DNA from: Phoronis australis
Lineage: Eukaryota > Animalia > Phoronida
Assembly: GCA_002633005.1 (NCBI GenBank)
Contig: NMRA01000316.1
Span: 55,999-119,998, forward strand
Direction: 5' to 3'
DNA length: 64,000 nucleotides
The notes below the pieces were generated by a model. That model searched no databases, was not told where the DNA came from, and saw only the letters and a list, made by a program, of their open reading frames with translations. Of this stretch, positions 27,824-39,487 are shown piece after piece. The translations under genes and the position numbers were made by a program. Within the stretch, counting starts at the first letter, position 1. Every line of letters begins with the position of its first letter.

Positions 27824-28097
27824 CTTAACAAATGGAAGACAAAAAAGTGATGTAAGTTCAAAAAAGTAAAAAATAACAGTTTGTTATAGAGCAACATGAG
27901 CACAATAACCAACAATACTTTTTAATGGTAAACCTGGTATAACTGATTAAAAACTCTTCAAAATTAAACTACACCAGGTTTACCTTCAATAAGTATTTTT
28001 ATTTCTACTTATATCTATTTTTGGTAAAGGCTTGCCGCAATTTTTCCAACAATATCTAACCATATCCATCCAAAAAGCAAACTCTCAAAGACATCCA

Positions 28098-28310
28098 CTT
28101 ACAGCACACATCACGAATTTTTGGCCGACCGGTCGGAAATTGGTCGACGACCGGCCGTCGACCGGTCGGCAAATTAGCCGACCGGTCGGCTAAAAATTAG
28201 CCGACCGGCAGCCGCCCGCAGTGCCGACTCATAAGGCGACCCCACAGCCGACCCTTCAGCCGACCCTTTAGCCGACCGGCCATCAGACGACCAGCTGGTC
28301 GGCTGCTATT
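28098..28310. repeat. GCCGACC/GACCGGTC subterminal repeat cluster, probable end of an EnSpm-like element
   Basis: Dense direct and inverted GCCGACCGG units following ACAGCACACATCAC; the opposite end was not identified. Confidence 0.5.
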
Positions 28311-29390
28311 GTTAGGCTAGAGTAGCAGTTGCGTAATAGGTTGTCAGGCTCATACCACTTTGCGTGTCGATGCATATTCGTCTTAACACAGGGTCAAATA
28401 AATTAACCTAGTTTTGCTGTCTCGGTTACATGAGTTCACGTCGGTTGTGTAACACCACTACTTCGAAGGTNGCCATCAGACGACCGGCTGGTCGGCTGCT
28501 ATTGTTAGGCTAGAGTAGCAGTTGCGTAATAGGTTGTCCGGCTCATACCACTTTGCGTGTCGATGCATATTCGTCTTAGCACAGGGTCAAATAAATTAAC
28601 CTAGTTTTGCTGTCTCGGTTACATGAGTTCACGTCGGTTGTGTAACACCAGTACTTCGAAGGTTGAAGGCAAGCGGCATTAGTAAACATTGGATTATGGA
28701 CAATGCAACAAGTTTTGGATGAAGAACGTGAAAGTTTTCTTTACATTTGATCTTTAATTTGACTCCTGACGTTAACAAATTGTATTAGATCGGTTGCTTC
28801 CCGGTCAATACAACGCTGTAAAGTCGTTTTGTAAACGCGGCTGTTTTTCGCAGTCTTCGCCCTTAATTGATTTTGTTTGTGTAACGCCAAACTGCATCGT
28901 TTTTGCGTGTTTTAAGTTATTCACCGGTCTCCTATCACGCGCCCATGATGAAGGATTAGTGAGTGAGTTGTTACACCGCAAAGAGTTCTCACTCCGGGGA
29001 TTATATTTTCATAGTATTGACCCGGCGAAATTCACGGTCCAGTATGCCCTAAGCCCATGGTCTTCGACGGCTCTAACTTCGAAATCATACTATGGTTACG
29101 ATTTCCACGAACTATGACGGTGACATCAAACACGGAATGACCACTGTTGAGGCTACAGCCAATTGTAGCTTTGCGCATTCTGTTTTCATGTATCGGTGAC
29201 GTTAAAATCTGGGCTAGTTACATGTAAACGTAGGCCCCTATCAGTTGGTCGTTCAGGTTGTTCCAAAAATAAACACGTTCTGTCAACAACATATTGACAA
29301 ATTATGTAAAATAAAACAATTGTGAACGGGAAGATGTGAATACGTGGTGAAGAGGTATTGTCTCTACGCGGCATATGTGCGTGAATCTTT

Positions 29391-29633
29391 GGTAAAGCGA
29401 TTGCGATGGCAAAAAATGATAGAAAATACATCAACGTGCACTTTTGAGAAGCAAAGCGTCTGGTGATATTTATAGCGTATGATCTGGCCACCTCAGGTAG
29501 TAAGTGACGCTAGGTAAAGCGATTGCGATGGCAAAAAATGATAGAAAATACATCAAGGTGCACTTTTGAGAAGCAAAGCGTCTGGTGAAATTGATAGAGT
29601 ATGATCTGGCCACCTCAGGTAGTAAGTGACGCT
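29391..29633 (+). repeat. ~121-bp direct tandem duplication
   Basis: GGTAAAGCGATTGCGATGGC...AGTAAGTGACGCT occurs twice with a few substitutions and no N at the junction. Confidence 0.85.
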
Positions 29634-32184
29634 GAATAAGAAGTGGCAACTACATGTTTGGCTTGTAACGCCACCCCTCCCCGAGTTTTGCCAATTCTAA
29701 TCAGTCACCACTCGAGATTTGGTTCCGTTTCATTCCTAAAAGCACAAAATAATTCTTCTGTGCTCAGCTGTAAGAAAAAATACAATTTTTTGAAATGGTG
29801 CTCAGTCTTAAAAAAGTTTCCATTACGAGAACGTTTTATCAGAAATGCCAAGCACACGCGTTTCCGTATGTCCACAAAAGTGGTTTGAGCAGTGTTTACA
29901 AATTTGTTCATTTCGCTTTTCTACACTGACGACTATGGTCAAAACGGTGTTTTAAAAAAGTACACTTTTGACGGCATTTTCAAAAAAATATTTTGGTTGA
30001 TGAATTCACCGAGTCGGTGCCACGGGCAGAAAACGTACATGAGGAACCCTTTCCAGCTGAAAATTGACCGTCGGACGGCCTTCCTATATAGCCATGCAGT
30101 CTAGGCCTAGTGGGTATACTGCCGACCATTCGTGATTCCGAAGCAAAAAGTTCTGTTTTAGATGTTTGAAAAAGGTGTTCGCGTACTTGATTTCAACTCT
30201 ATTTAAGCACCATGGAAATCATCCTGCTTTTGAATCGAAAATCATTTTCTAAATGAGCTCAGCGGCAGTGCGCTGCACTCTATACGGCCGCTCATGTGAT
30301 TTTTTGTGCATGACCGTCAACGAATTTCAGAGCTGATAAAAGTTTATGCCACACGTCATATTGTGGCAACTTCCGTAAACTAATCCAGAATCCTACCGAG
30401 CAAATTTTGGGTCACTAAAGCCCCAAATGGCTACCGATCAGCGGGTCAAAGGCATCTCAGAGGCTCGCGAGTTCAAAGCTGGAGACCGTAATTAAGCTAA
30501 TGAATCTGAATGGGGGTGCGTATTAATTACTCTTCGTTTTTTGTCTGAGTCAGGATCAGCGGAGTCACTTTTGAGCTCTCATTATTCTAGAGATCGCCAA
30601 ATATGAACAGTCGATTATTATAAAGGGAGATCTAATGTGAGTCAGCCGGATTAGGAAGCTTCAGTTAAGGTCACTGTGACGTTTGTTGACGCTGCGGTGG
30701 CCAGGATAGTGACGGCGAGAACATTAGACAAAACTGGGAACATGACTTATCACAGACTTTTTGATAAATAGTTTATTTGAGCTGCTTCGCGGGCAGGGCG
30801 GCCGGGGTTCCGTAGACACCAGTCCCTATGTTTCGCGCCGCCCATGAGGCGGCGGAGCACTGAAATAAAAGGGGGCTATAGCCCCCAGTCCCCTATCGGT
30901 GAGCCGCCCATGTTCATAACTGAATTTCTCAACGTCTGCGAAATTGACCCAGCGTAATTTTGAGATGAATTTGGATTGGTGATAAAACATTTTGGATAAC
31001 TGCCGCAAAGTCACTGGAAGAAATTTTCCTAACTTTTCTGGCGTGAATGTTTGTACTGTACGTTAGTAAGAATGCGCAAAAACACAAAACGAAATTTCAT
31101 TGCAGGTCCCCTATGTTAAACAGGTGAACCTTAATTAAGTTGACTTCTGTGGGATTTTCGCCATGGTTACATTCAAGTGCTTGTGTACAGAGTGGGGAAT
31201 ATTCCAATTGAAAAGACATCTGTAAGATGGTTCCTTCAGGTATCAGTAACCAGTGCACTCTGTGTGGACACCCACTAAACGTACACATAACCACCGCCGC
31301 TTTTTATGCCCGCTGGACAGCAGACGTCGCGTACATGTAAGTTAACCGTAATTTTCACAGTAAACCGTGATCTTATTAGTCGGTATTAAGCGAACTTGGA
31401 ATAGGAAGATCGTTTGGATGTTAACCTTGCGCAGAATATGAAACCATTTTTAGCGTCAATACAACCGTTCGAAACTGTTCTTGCAAAAACAATGCCAAGT
31501 TTTCTCCTGAGACTAGTTAGTATCATCTCGGTCGGGAACGATCAGCCTTGACTGGCATCAGCACTAAGGTTTTGAGCGCGATACCTCAGCGGGAGACAGT
31601 TAATATGCGTCTCATATGTCCAATTTGGTGATGAGTATCCACTGCTAAGTTTAAATTCGCGCTTTCACAAACGCGACAAAGTTGTCTTTGTCTCAAAGAA
31701 TTACGTTTTAGCAACTTCGAGTGAAAAAAAATGTCAAACAATGAGAGGAGATGCACTATTGAAGAATGAAAGTCACGGAACCATAACAATCTCGGCGTTC
31801 TGCTTGTGAACTGCTTTCCGGACAAACTTGAAACCCCAGATGTTTACTATGCGAAATTGAATTGGACACAACATCGCTATCAAGATAGCGTTACTCAAAG
31901 CAGTTCTTGTGCGTCGGAATAAAATTTGGCCATGACACATTGCCGCCTAATTGTGTTGGATCTCGCTATTGCCTCCTCTACTCTTAGAAATCCCTCGAGG
32001 TTATTTGGTTCAGGACTGTTCTCAAACAGTATCTTTCTGTGGAATCGTGAATTAGTTTTCGCTTGGCGGCGAGACCACTTAATAAACTGACAAAAATTAA
32101 ATCATACAGAGTTCATGTACGACACGTATCAAAACACCACAACTTTTGGCAGTTTTGTAGCTTTAAAGTTTTAAAAACTGTTGA

Positions 32185-33844
32185 AGGAGAATGCCACCCA
32201 AAAAACAACCCATTTTGTATCAATTTAGATCGAGTAGTTCTACTCGATAACGGCAAGTTCGGTTGCGTTACCTGACATCTGACGGCAGAAGGAGATGTTG
32301 AAATTATCCAATGACGTCATTGGTTTCACACGCAATCAGTTCAGCAGTTCACAACGCGGGTTACTGGTGTCAGCTTATCGCTTGAATTCATCGTTTAACA
32401 CCAACAAATCATCAAACATCGATGTAAAACCCTTAAAAATACACCGAGTTCTTACAAAAACGTGTTGTTTTATTTTGCTGTTACGGATTTATTGGTATTT
32501 GAACACACCGTAGCCTACAAAGTTCGGCAGCCCAATTTATCAAGGTCCGCAGCAGGAGTTTGGTGTCTGTTCGGAGATAAATTCGAAGTATTCTTCGGTG
32601 AAATACAGACAGGGGAACCTAGATCTGTCAGTTGTTTAGCCATGTGATTTTTTGAGTTCTAAACTCACAAAACGCTTGTTATTGCGGCCAATGGCTCGGA
32701 ACCCGATCAGGCCCGTCGCCGCAGCCGGGACTAAAACGAACATAAACCAGTTTAAGTTGGAAACTAAACCTCCAGTCTCGAAAAGGACTATAATAGTGAG
32801 CCAAAGAAGTAATGTGCACGTAATTATTTATGTGAATTAGCCACGAAACTGAAAATCTACTTACTAGTGTCGGGGCCGCGAAGTCGTGTTCCTCTTCCAC
32901 AGACCGTCAGGGCAAAGTTTGTACAGTAACAACGATTGGAATAATGTATTTGTATTTCTAAATAGATTCCCCTAACATGTGACCATAGCATATAAATTCG
33001 AGTAATTATTTCACAACAGCTTTCTGTCAGCAAACACTGAATTAGCATGAGCTCATACGGCCTCGTTGCCCGGTCAATCATGAATTACCTTTATTCCTGG
33101 CATCAAAAGCAGGTCACCGACGCAGTTGTTTTATTCATTGCTGCATGGCTTCTCAACATTTGTACTCACGAATACTGCAAAGGCAAATTGTATCTAATGA
33201 GGTAGACTTTGTTTCAGTTTTATAAACGCATTAGTTAGGATGAGAATAATTTATTTTGAAACAGAACGCAGAATAATAAACGTCTCTACACGGCAACTCG
33301 CCCGGCGCCAATCCCGACTTAGTCAAGAACTTATCTGACGAAGACTTCACAGGTTTTACAGGCTATCAGTTCGAACCGGAATACACTGATCAGGAAATAC
33401 TAGAGAGGCGCCGTCAACATGCACAGGCACCGGACTTTTGGATAGTTCTATGACAAGCCGGAATTCGTCAGTGATCACTGCTTACGAAATGCCGGCCACA
33501 TACACGGACTCCGAGATGTTTCACGGCCTCATACTTGCTCTTAACAGCGTACTTTTCATGCTTCACTACCGCGAGCCACTTCCTAAGCATTTCGGGATCT
33601 CGCGGAAGTCGAAAAAACGATATACTCGCTTTCTTCGCAGCTTCACTAATTCGAACAAGTGGGAACGATGCACCGCGACAGCCGGCGGCATTCACTCCGC
33701 AGACGAACCACTGACGTCGCTGTGTCGTTCCTCACCTTCCTCACAGGTGAACGCGACACCTCTCGGCAAGGTGAGGTCGACTGTATAAAAGGCGGTGTGG
33801 ATATAGACCGATTAAATGCTAATTAAATCGGGTGGCATTCTCCT
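32185..33844 (-). mobile_element. Non-autonomous Kolobok element carrying THAP and KolX 5' remnants
   Basis: TIR AGGAGAATGCCACCC at both ends with 4-bp TSD TTGA (32181-32184, 33845-33848). THAP remnant SFFRLPRDPEMLRKWL...RVCGRHF (33695-33468, minus) and GYQFEPEYTDQEILERRR (~33360-33420, plus). Confidence 0.9.
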
Positions 33845-34629
33845 TTGAGTTGTGAAACTGGAACTGCTTAAGCTCCTCCTTTTGGGTGATCTCATAGAAG
33901 ACAGCCTCAACTCCCTTCAAGAGAAAATCGATTTTTGAAAAAACGTTTGCTGAATATACGAAATTGAAAGCGGGTTTTAAACTTTGAACGCTGTTGGTAT
34001 CTAGGCATATCATATATTGTTCTATTAATTGCCAAGGTATTAGACGCGGCGTTAAAGTTGAGCACCATGTGCTTGTGCTTTCAATATATCTGTAGAGAGA
34101 TTACGTAGCTAGGTTTGTGGAAACTGAAGTCCCAAGACTAAATGGAAGAAAACCACTGCCGTAACAAAATGCAAATTTTGTCTGGGATTGATCAGATTTC
34201 GTTTCCCCACGGAAAACACATGTTGCCCTTCTTTCTCGAAAACTGTAACTTTGCGTTGTATTCACACAATGATCACATGGTTTTAGCCCAACGTGGCGAA
34301 TATATTAAGAGAAATTAAAACGATCGCCACGGTAATGTGAAAATTACAGTGTTCGAATCAAGATCATAGATAAAATGAGTTAGGTAGTGTACACAGTTGG
34401 TATTGTAAAATTATGGCTAATAAAAAAGCACTGGCTGGATTGAAAATACAACGAACCCTGTAACTTTCAGGTCACGATGAATGCCGGAGATACACCATGT
34501 ACGTGTACATGTACTGTATGTGCAGCAGATTTCAACATAAGCTACATGTACATCCACTTGGAAAACTTGGGAAAATATCTTCCCAAAATTATTTTTCAGT
34601 TTAGTTGTACTCTTGTCGCCTTTAGTCAA

Positions 34630-34788
34630 ACTTCTGAGTCAATTTATTACAACTTCTGAGTGAGTTTAGTACGACTTCTGAGTGAGTTTAGTACGACTTC
34701 TGAGTGAGTTTTGTACGACTTCTGAATGAGTTCAGTACGACTTCTTAGTAAGTTTAGTACGACTTCTGAATGAGTTAAGTACGACTTT
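34630..34788 (+). repeat. 22-bp minisatellite
   Basis: About 7 copies of ACTTCTGAGTGAGTTTAGTACG. Confidence 0.9.
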
Positions 34789-35094
34789 ATTGCACCTTAC
34801 TATTAATTGTGATTTTTCTATAATGGATTACAACTTCGACAACTATTGGATGGAACAATTTTGTGGACGTAGTCGTAAATTCTTGTCGAAAACTCTATAT
34901 AATTAGTCACGGTTACGAGCCCGAAGTTTTGCCGAATTTCGTCGTTTCAGTTTGCTCAGTTCATTTTGAAACTATTGTATGCATTGTGTGAATGTTACAT
35001 TCCTGAAAAAATCAACAAACACTGTAATTCTGTTTATTATTTGGCAGGAAATGAGTAAATGGTATTTCCGTAACGCTCATTTCTCGCAAAACAC

Positions 35095-35338
35095 TTAACA
35101 ATAGATGTTGTCTTTTTGCCCGTTCATGTTGACTTGGTCGAAGTACACGTTGGTCATATCTCGAAGCTGCCTTTTGGCATAGGAAAGACCAACAATTCCG
35201 CTGTCTGGGTCTTTGTCGTTGTAGTAAACTTTCCAATACCCGACGTAAATGTCGATTTTGCTGTTTAATTCAGCGAAAGCCCTAATCATGTCTGTGCAGC
35301 TCTTGCAAGGAGACAGCTTTGTAAACAGGTGGACCTTT
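35095..35338 (-). CDS. Secreted AID/APOBEC-like deaminase (SNAD-like) gene A, coding exon 2
   Basis: Acceptor cgttttcAG at 35340-35339, phase 2. Reads (R)KVHLFTKLSPCKSCTDMIRAFAELNSKIDIYVGYWKVYY...NIYC*, carrying the SPCxxC zinc ligands. Joined to exon 1 it gives 600 nt = 199 aa plus stop. Confidence 0.92.
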
Positions 35339-36219
35339 CTGAAAACGAAGAAACAGTTTCTCTTATATTATGTGATTAGCAAGAGGCTAACGGAAAGAAG
35401 GAAGAAGAAATCCAAGAAGAGAACGAGAGTGGTGGAGGATTGAAGGAGATGGAAGGGGAAGCGGGAAAAAGACTCATCCATGAGAGGGGATGCAAAGGAC
35501 GGAAGAACACGAGGTACACTGAAACGGGTAGCAGTAGGGTGGATGTGATTGGTAAAGCGAGCATCATTGCCGCAAGGAGCAGAAAACATCGTGACCGGTC
35601 GTGCAGTCGCCACCAACCTCCCTGCCTTCTGCTGTGTCGGCATTGAACTGAAAAGAAGTACAGGTCAAACAAGTCGGTACACTTGATTGACTTTGCCGGT
35701 AATACCAGGTAAACAGGCTAACATCCAGTTTGGAGTAATACAATATCTCCAATTCTGCTCAAGCTTAATTCGTTTTTAATAAGTTGTGTGGGGAGACCAC
35801 GACGTTTTCATACCTTTTCGATTCATTCCATCGGTAAAAGACCCACCTGCAAACTGATGCTACTACGTAGGCCTATAAAAACTCCCACGACCCCCACACC
35901 CCACGGCCCCCTCGACCCACAACCCCGGCGGCCATGACTCACAACCACCTCGACCCAGGACCTACACTATAGCAATAGATGTATCTTTGCGGTTTTTACA
36001 CATTTCATAATCATATATTACGTCGCTGAATGACTTTTCATCAGACATACCTGCACGCGCGAGTGCGGTGTTCTGGGTCAAGCCTGGTGGTTAAAAACAG
36101 AATGTGGCGTGACAACCCTGTTCTAAAATAGCGCGTTATCGTTGTCACAAAAACTAGTAGTTCCACAAGCGGTCACCAATGGCCCTAATCTACGTGTACA
36201 ATATAAATTCAAGAAAAAA

Positions 36220-36520
36220 ACAACGGTTTTAAGACTTGGCATGTTTCGGTGTCATTTATTCAACACCATCCTCAGAAGTGATAATACAGTGGCCACCTAG
36301 TTAGGCCCAGCAACAAGTAATGAAGCACAGGTACAGTCAGTTACAGGGAGTGACAACGAACTAGAACAAGAACAATGACAACCTGTGGTGTGCCAGTTGC
36401 CTATTGAGATTGGGCGTGCCCCAACTGATGTGTAAAGCCTTAAGAATTTTAAGCTCCTTTGTTGTTACTGCCTGGTCTATTACTAGAAATGCAAGACTGC
36501 GAAACTATACGCAAGATACC
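36220..36520 (-). mobile_element. Penelope-like retroelement 3' fragment in the gene A intron
   Basis: IDQAVTTKELKILKALHISWGTPNLNRQ resembles a GIY-YIG endonuclease C-terminus and is followed by a pLTR-like tail with a hammerhead core. Confidence 0.7.
36234..36279 (-). ncRNA. Minimal type I hammerhead ribozyme motif (Penelope-associated), cleavage triplet mutated
   Basis: Minus strand ACTT-CTGAGGA-TGGTGT-tgaataaatg-ACACC-GAAAC-AT-GCC-AAGT: CUGANGA and GAAA cores, stem II GGTGT/ACACC, stem I ACTT/AAGT. GCC replaces the expected GUC. Confidence 0.6.
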
Positions 36521-36822
36521 GCCGTGTATTTTAAATGATTTTGGCTCACCTACGTAGATTTTTTCGCCGCGGGACCGTAAATTGAACTCTACCCAGTAAA
36601 TTATTTGTTGATTTAATCCAGGTCGACAAAGTTTGGTGCTATAGATACATGGCCAGGATTAGTCTTAAATCTGGTTTTGTTAAACCACTTTTATAAAACC
36701 AAGTGCCTGGTAGAGTCGTAGATCTACTGCAACCCATTAATCTCTTAATTTAGAAATGTTGACAAATTTGCTTCCACACTGTAAAATTTGTATGTAAAAT
36801 CAATGCAATACATTTAACTTAC

Positions 36823-37178
36823 CTGACCGTTTGACCGTAGTCATGCATTAGTTCTGGAAGCTGAGAAAAGATTTGCTTTTCGGCGTGGGAAGTTGGGTTA
36901 AATTGTCGAATTCGAGCCCAATAATTCATGGTCGGTTTAGGATGGAGCATGGAGAACATCAAGTCCATGTCGTAGCAAGGAGTCAGTTTATTATTGTAGC
37001 CTGCACCTGCCTTGTTTAGCGTCAAGACAGCAAACTGCTTGTCCCGGGTTTCTCTGTAGGTGAAAAAGTGACCCAGTCCATTGAGATACTCTTCGTCGAA
37101 TGTACTCAAGTCAATGTATGCTCTAATCTCAACAAGGGTGCCGAGGATAACAAGAGCGAAAATAGCACGGGTAAGCAT
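36823..37178 (-). CDS. Secreted AID/APOBEC-like deaminase (SNAD-like) gene A, coding exon 1
   Basis: Signal peptide MLTRAIFALVILGTLVEIRA, QFAVLTLN strand, NYWAR...SHAEKQIF (HAE motif). Donor AG|GTAAGT at 36822 is phase 2. An acceptor ttgtttcAG lies just before the ATG. Confidence 0.92.
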
Positions 37179-37594
37179 CCTGAAACAAATAAAGACGGGA
37201 CATGAACTTTCGATGTACCGACGAAATGTTCACAGCAGTAAAAAATATCGTGTACCAACAAGTAACCTAAATGTGTATTTATTGAAAAGTCTGCCACGGT
37301 ACGCCGACCAACAACAGTGCACATTATTGGAAGTGATCTTCAAAATACGAGTTATTAAGCAAGGATATCAATCAAGACGACTGAATGATACCCTCTGACA
37401 CAGCGCCACCTAAACTGAAAAGTGGCCCTGTGGAGACATGGTGAACTACACACGATTTCCGTGTCTGGGCAACAATGCGCATGCTTGGTCAGAAGTTTAC
37501 CTTTCACATCGCCACCACGTGCACACACCTTCTATGCACTGAGCTTATTTGGGCTTAAGCCACTGGATCAGGGTTTCCTTGGTTTTGTTTACTT

Positions 37595-37664
37595 CGTTTA
37601 AATAAATTACAGTTACATGTACAGTCAAATGTGGTCGCCTTATTATGTAACAGGAAACTGAAAG
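37595..37664 (-). promoter_or_regulatory. Putative gene A promoter: TATTTAAA box and ISRE/IRF-like GGAAACTGAAAG
   Basis: TATTTAAA on the minus strand (~37604-37597) lies ~100 bp upstream of a candidate 5'UTR donor AAG|GTAAAC (37500). GAAANNGAAA motif at 37654-37663. These are short motifs and may be chance. Confidence 0.3.
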
Positions 37665-38362
37665 GGTTTATCCAGATTTCAACCAATGGGAATGACCAGA
37701 TCTTGGGACGCCGGTTTCATTACTAAGTTAACCAAGCCATGTTAAACAGCATTTCACAGTGCTACCTTTCGCAGCCCTGTGAAATTGTGTAAGTTAGTAT
37801 AGAACAACCATGCTACATTACTAGACCTGCATCACTAAAACCCCACGAGACCATCGTGTGAATTGAGGAGGGGTGGTTAACTCCCCAGGTATATAGGCAG
37901 TCCAGTGTTCTACGCCACATTGAAGAAAACAAACATTGCGATGCATATCTCAGAAGGTAGCATCTGCATTTTCCCACCACGTTTATTGCTTCGAATTCTG
38001 GGAAGAAATTTCGACAAATTCTTCAAGATTGGCGGTTTTTGTTCATTGAAACTTCTTATCAGGCAGAATGTCGACTTAAACTTCAAGAACTCACTGTCAC
38101 TCCGTTGCTTTTTGAAATCTATAGGCCCTATATAACTGCAGGTATTATTGAGGGTGCTGAACGTTAACACCGTGGAGAACGCATTGTCGGGTGTAAGGGT
38201 TCATGAAATGTTGCTATAGCGGCGGAATTGCTCATGAGAGCGAAATCTTAAGAGTGCATGGGATTGAAGTTATTGCACTGCAATCACTGTTACGTATGTA
38301 ACCCGAAACGAGAAAAAGCTTTTAGCTGAGACTTATTTATGCATTGACATGAATAGAAATTA

Positions 38363-39487
38363 ACCCCGGTGTAAAACAGATACCACGGAGTGGAAAACAG
38401 ACTACCACACATTCAAAACGGCTAACCAGCCCAAAACACGAACTCCGACCCTTAAAACAGGAGCCCAGGGATCATAAAGAGACGCCCAGGGACCGAAGAA
38501 ATACCCCTCCTGCACTTTCTGCCAAACATTTTTGATGAAAAATAAATCTTTCTACTTTAAATAGCTGTTTGGATATGAGAACTCTAAAAAAATTGGCGAT
38601 CTACGTTACTCTGCTGCTAAAGTTCAGTGTTGTGCGATCGTTTACATCTGCCTTCGGCGCATTTCGGAATATTGCGTCACCTATTGGCTAGTTTCTGTTT
38701 CCTTAATTCTTCAATCACGTGTTCTTCCACTTACATAACGCTAACTCGTCGTGAGAGATCGTCCGGAGTTGGTATACGGTGCAACTCCGGACGGTCTGGG
38801 CTCAACAGAAAACCCCAGTTCTGCTGTGAGTCTACACCAACGTGATAAACGAGAACAGTTGTACTTGCCGCGTCAGCTGCAGGTATCATTATCTCTTTTA
38901 CGACACAAAATGTGTAACTGGGCAAAGCCTTTTCAAACAAGTGTGCATAAACAAGTGGAGCGTGAGACCCCTGAGGTCCCTGTCAAGTCCTCTCGACAAT
39001 TCTACATGTACGTTATGGGTGCGTACATATCACAACAAGCTTATCAACAATGACACCAAAAAGTCGAAATAACATTTTTATTGATCATTTTTGAAAATAT
39101 ATTTGGAGACACTATTGAATAATATGAAATTAACTAAATGTTCACCGAGATGACAACGCCGGTGCTGAGAATATTGTCGATCGTGTTGAAAATCGACCAT
39201 GACAGACAAGTTGCTCAAGTTTTGCACATAAAAATTAAATATTACGGCCAATGTATTTAAGCTACGTTTTATTATTGATACTTTAAAAGAAAGAACAACT
39301 GGCAAGTACTTGGGAATGCGTTAACTCAAAGTTTGAGGCTACAGATAACGGTCTCATTCAAATTTTCCGGATCCCTGTCCCATCCCCTGGGATTCCTGTT
39401 TTAAAGGTCACACTTCGTGTTCTTCGGGCTGGTTAGCTGTTAAGGTGCTGTTTTCCACTCCGGAATACCTGTTTTATATCCGGGTTC
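38363..39487. mobile_element. Unclassified element with ~110-bp imperfect inverted repeats enclosing a decayed ORF
   Basis: CCCGG..TAAAACAG..CGGAGTGGAAAACAG..GCTAACCAGCCC..ACACGAA..GACC.TTAAAACAGGA.CCCAGGG at 38363-38470, with its reverse complement at ~39385-39487. Confidence 0.6.

Noticed and set aside
33468-33695. THAP ORF as the missing first exon of the 22822-27823 transposase
   Set aside because: It lies inside a self-contained element with its own TIRs and TTGA TSD, has a second copy at 49706-51784, and no donor links it to 27823.
34630-34788. CRISPR-like array (also considered for 13851-14345 and 61400-61600)
   Set aside because: These are head-to-tail repeats without unique spacers, there are no cas genes, and the context is eukaryotic.
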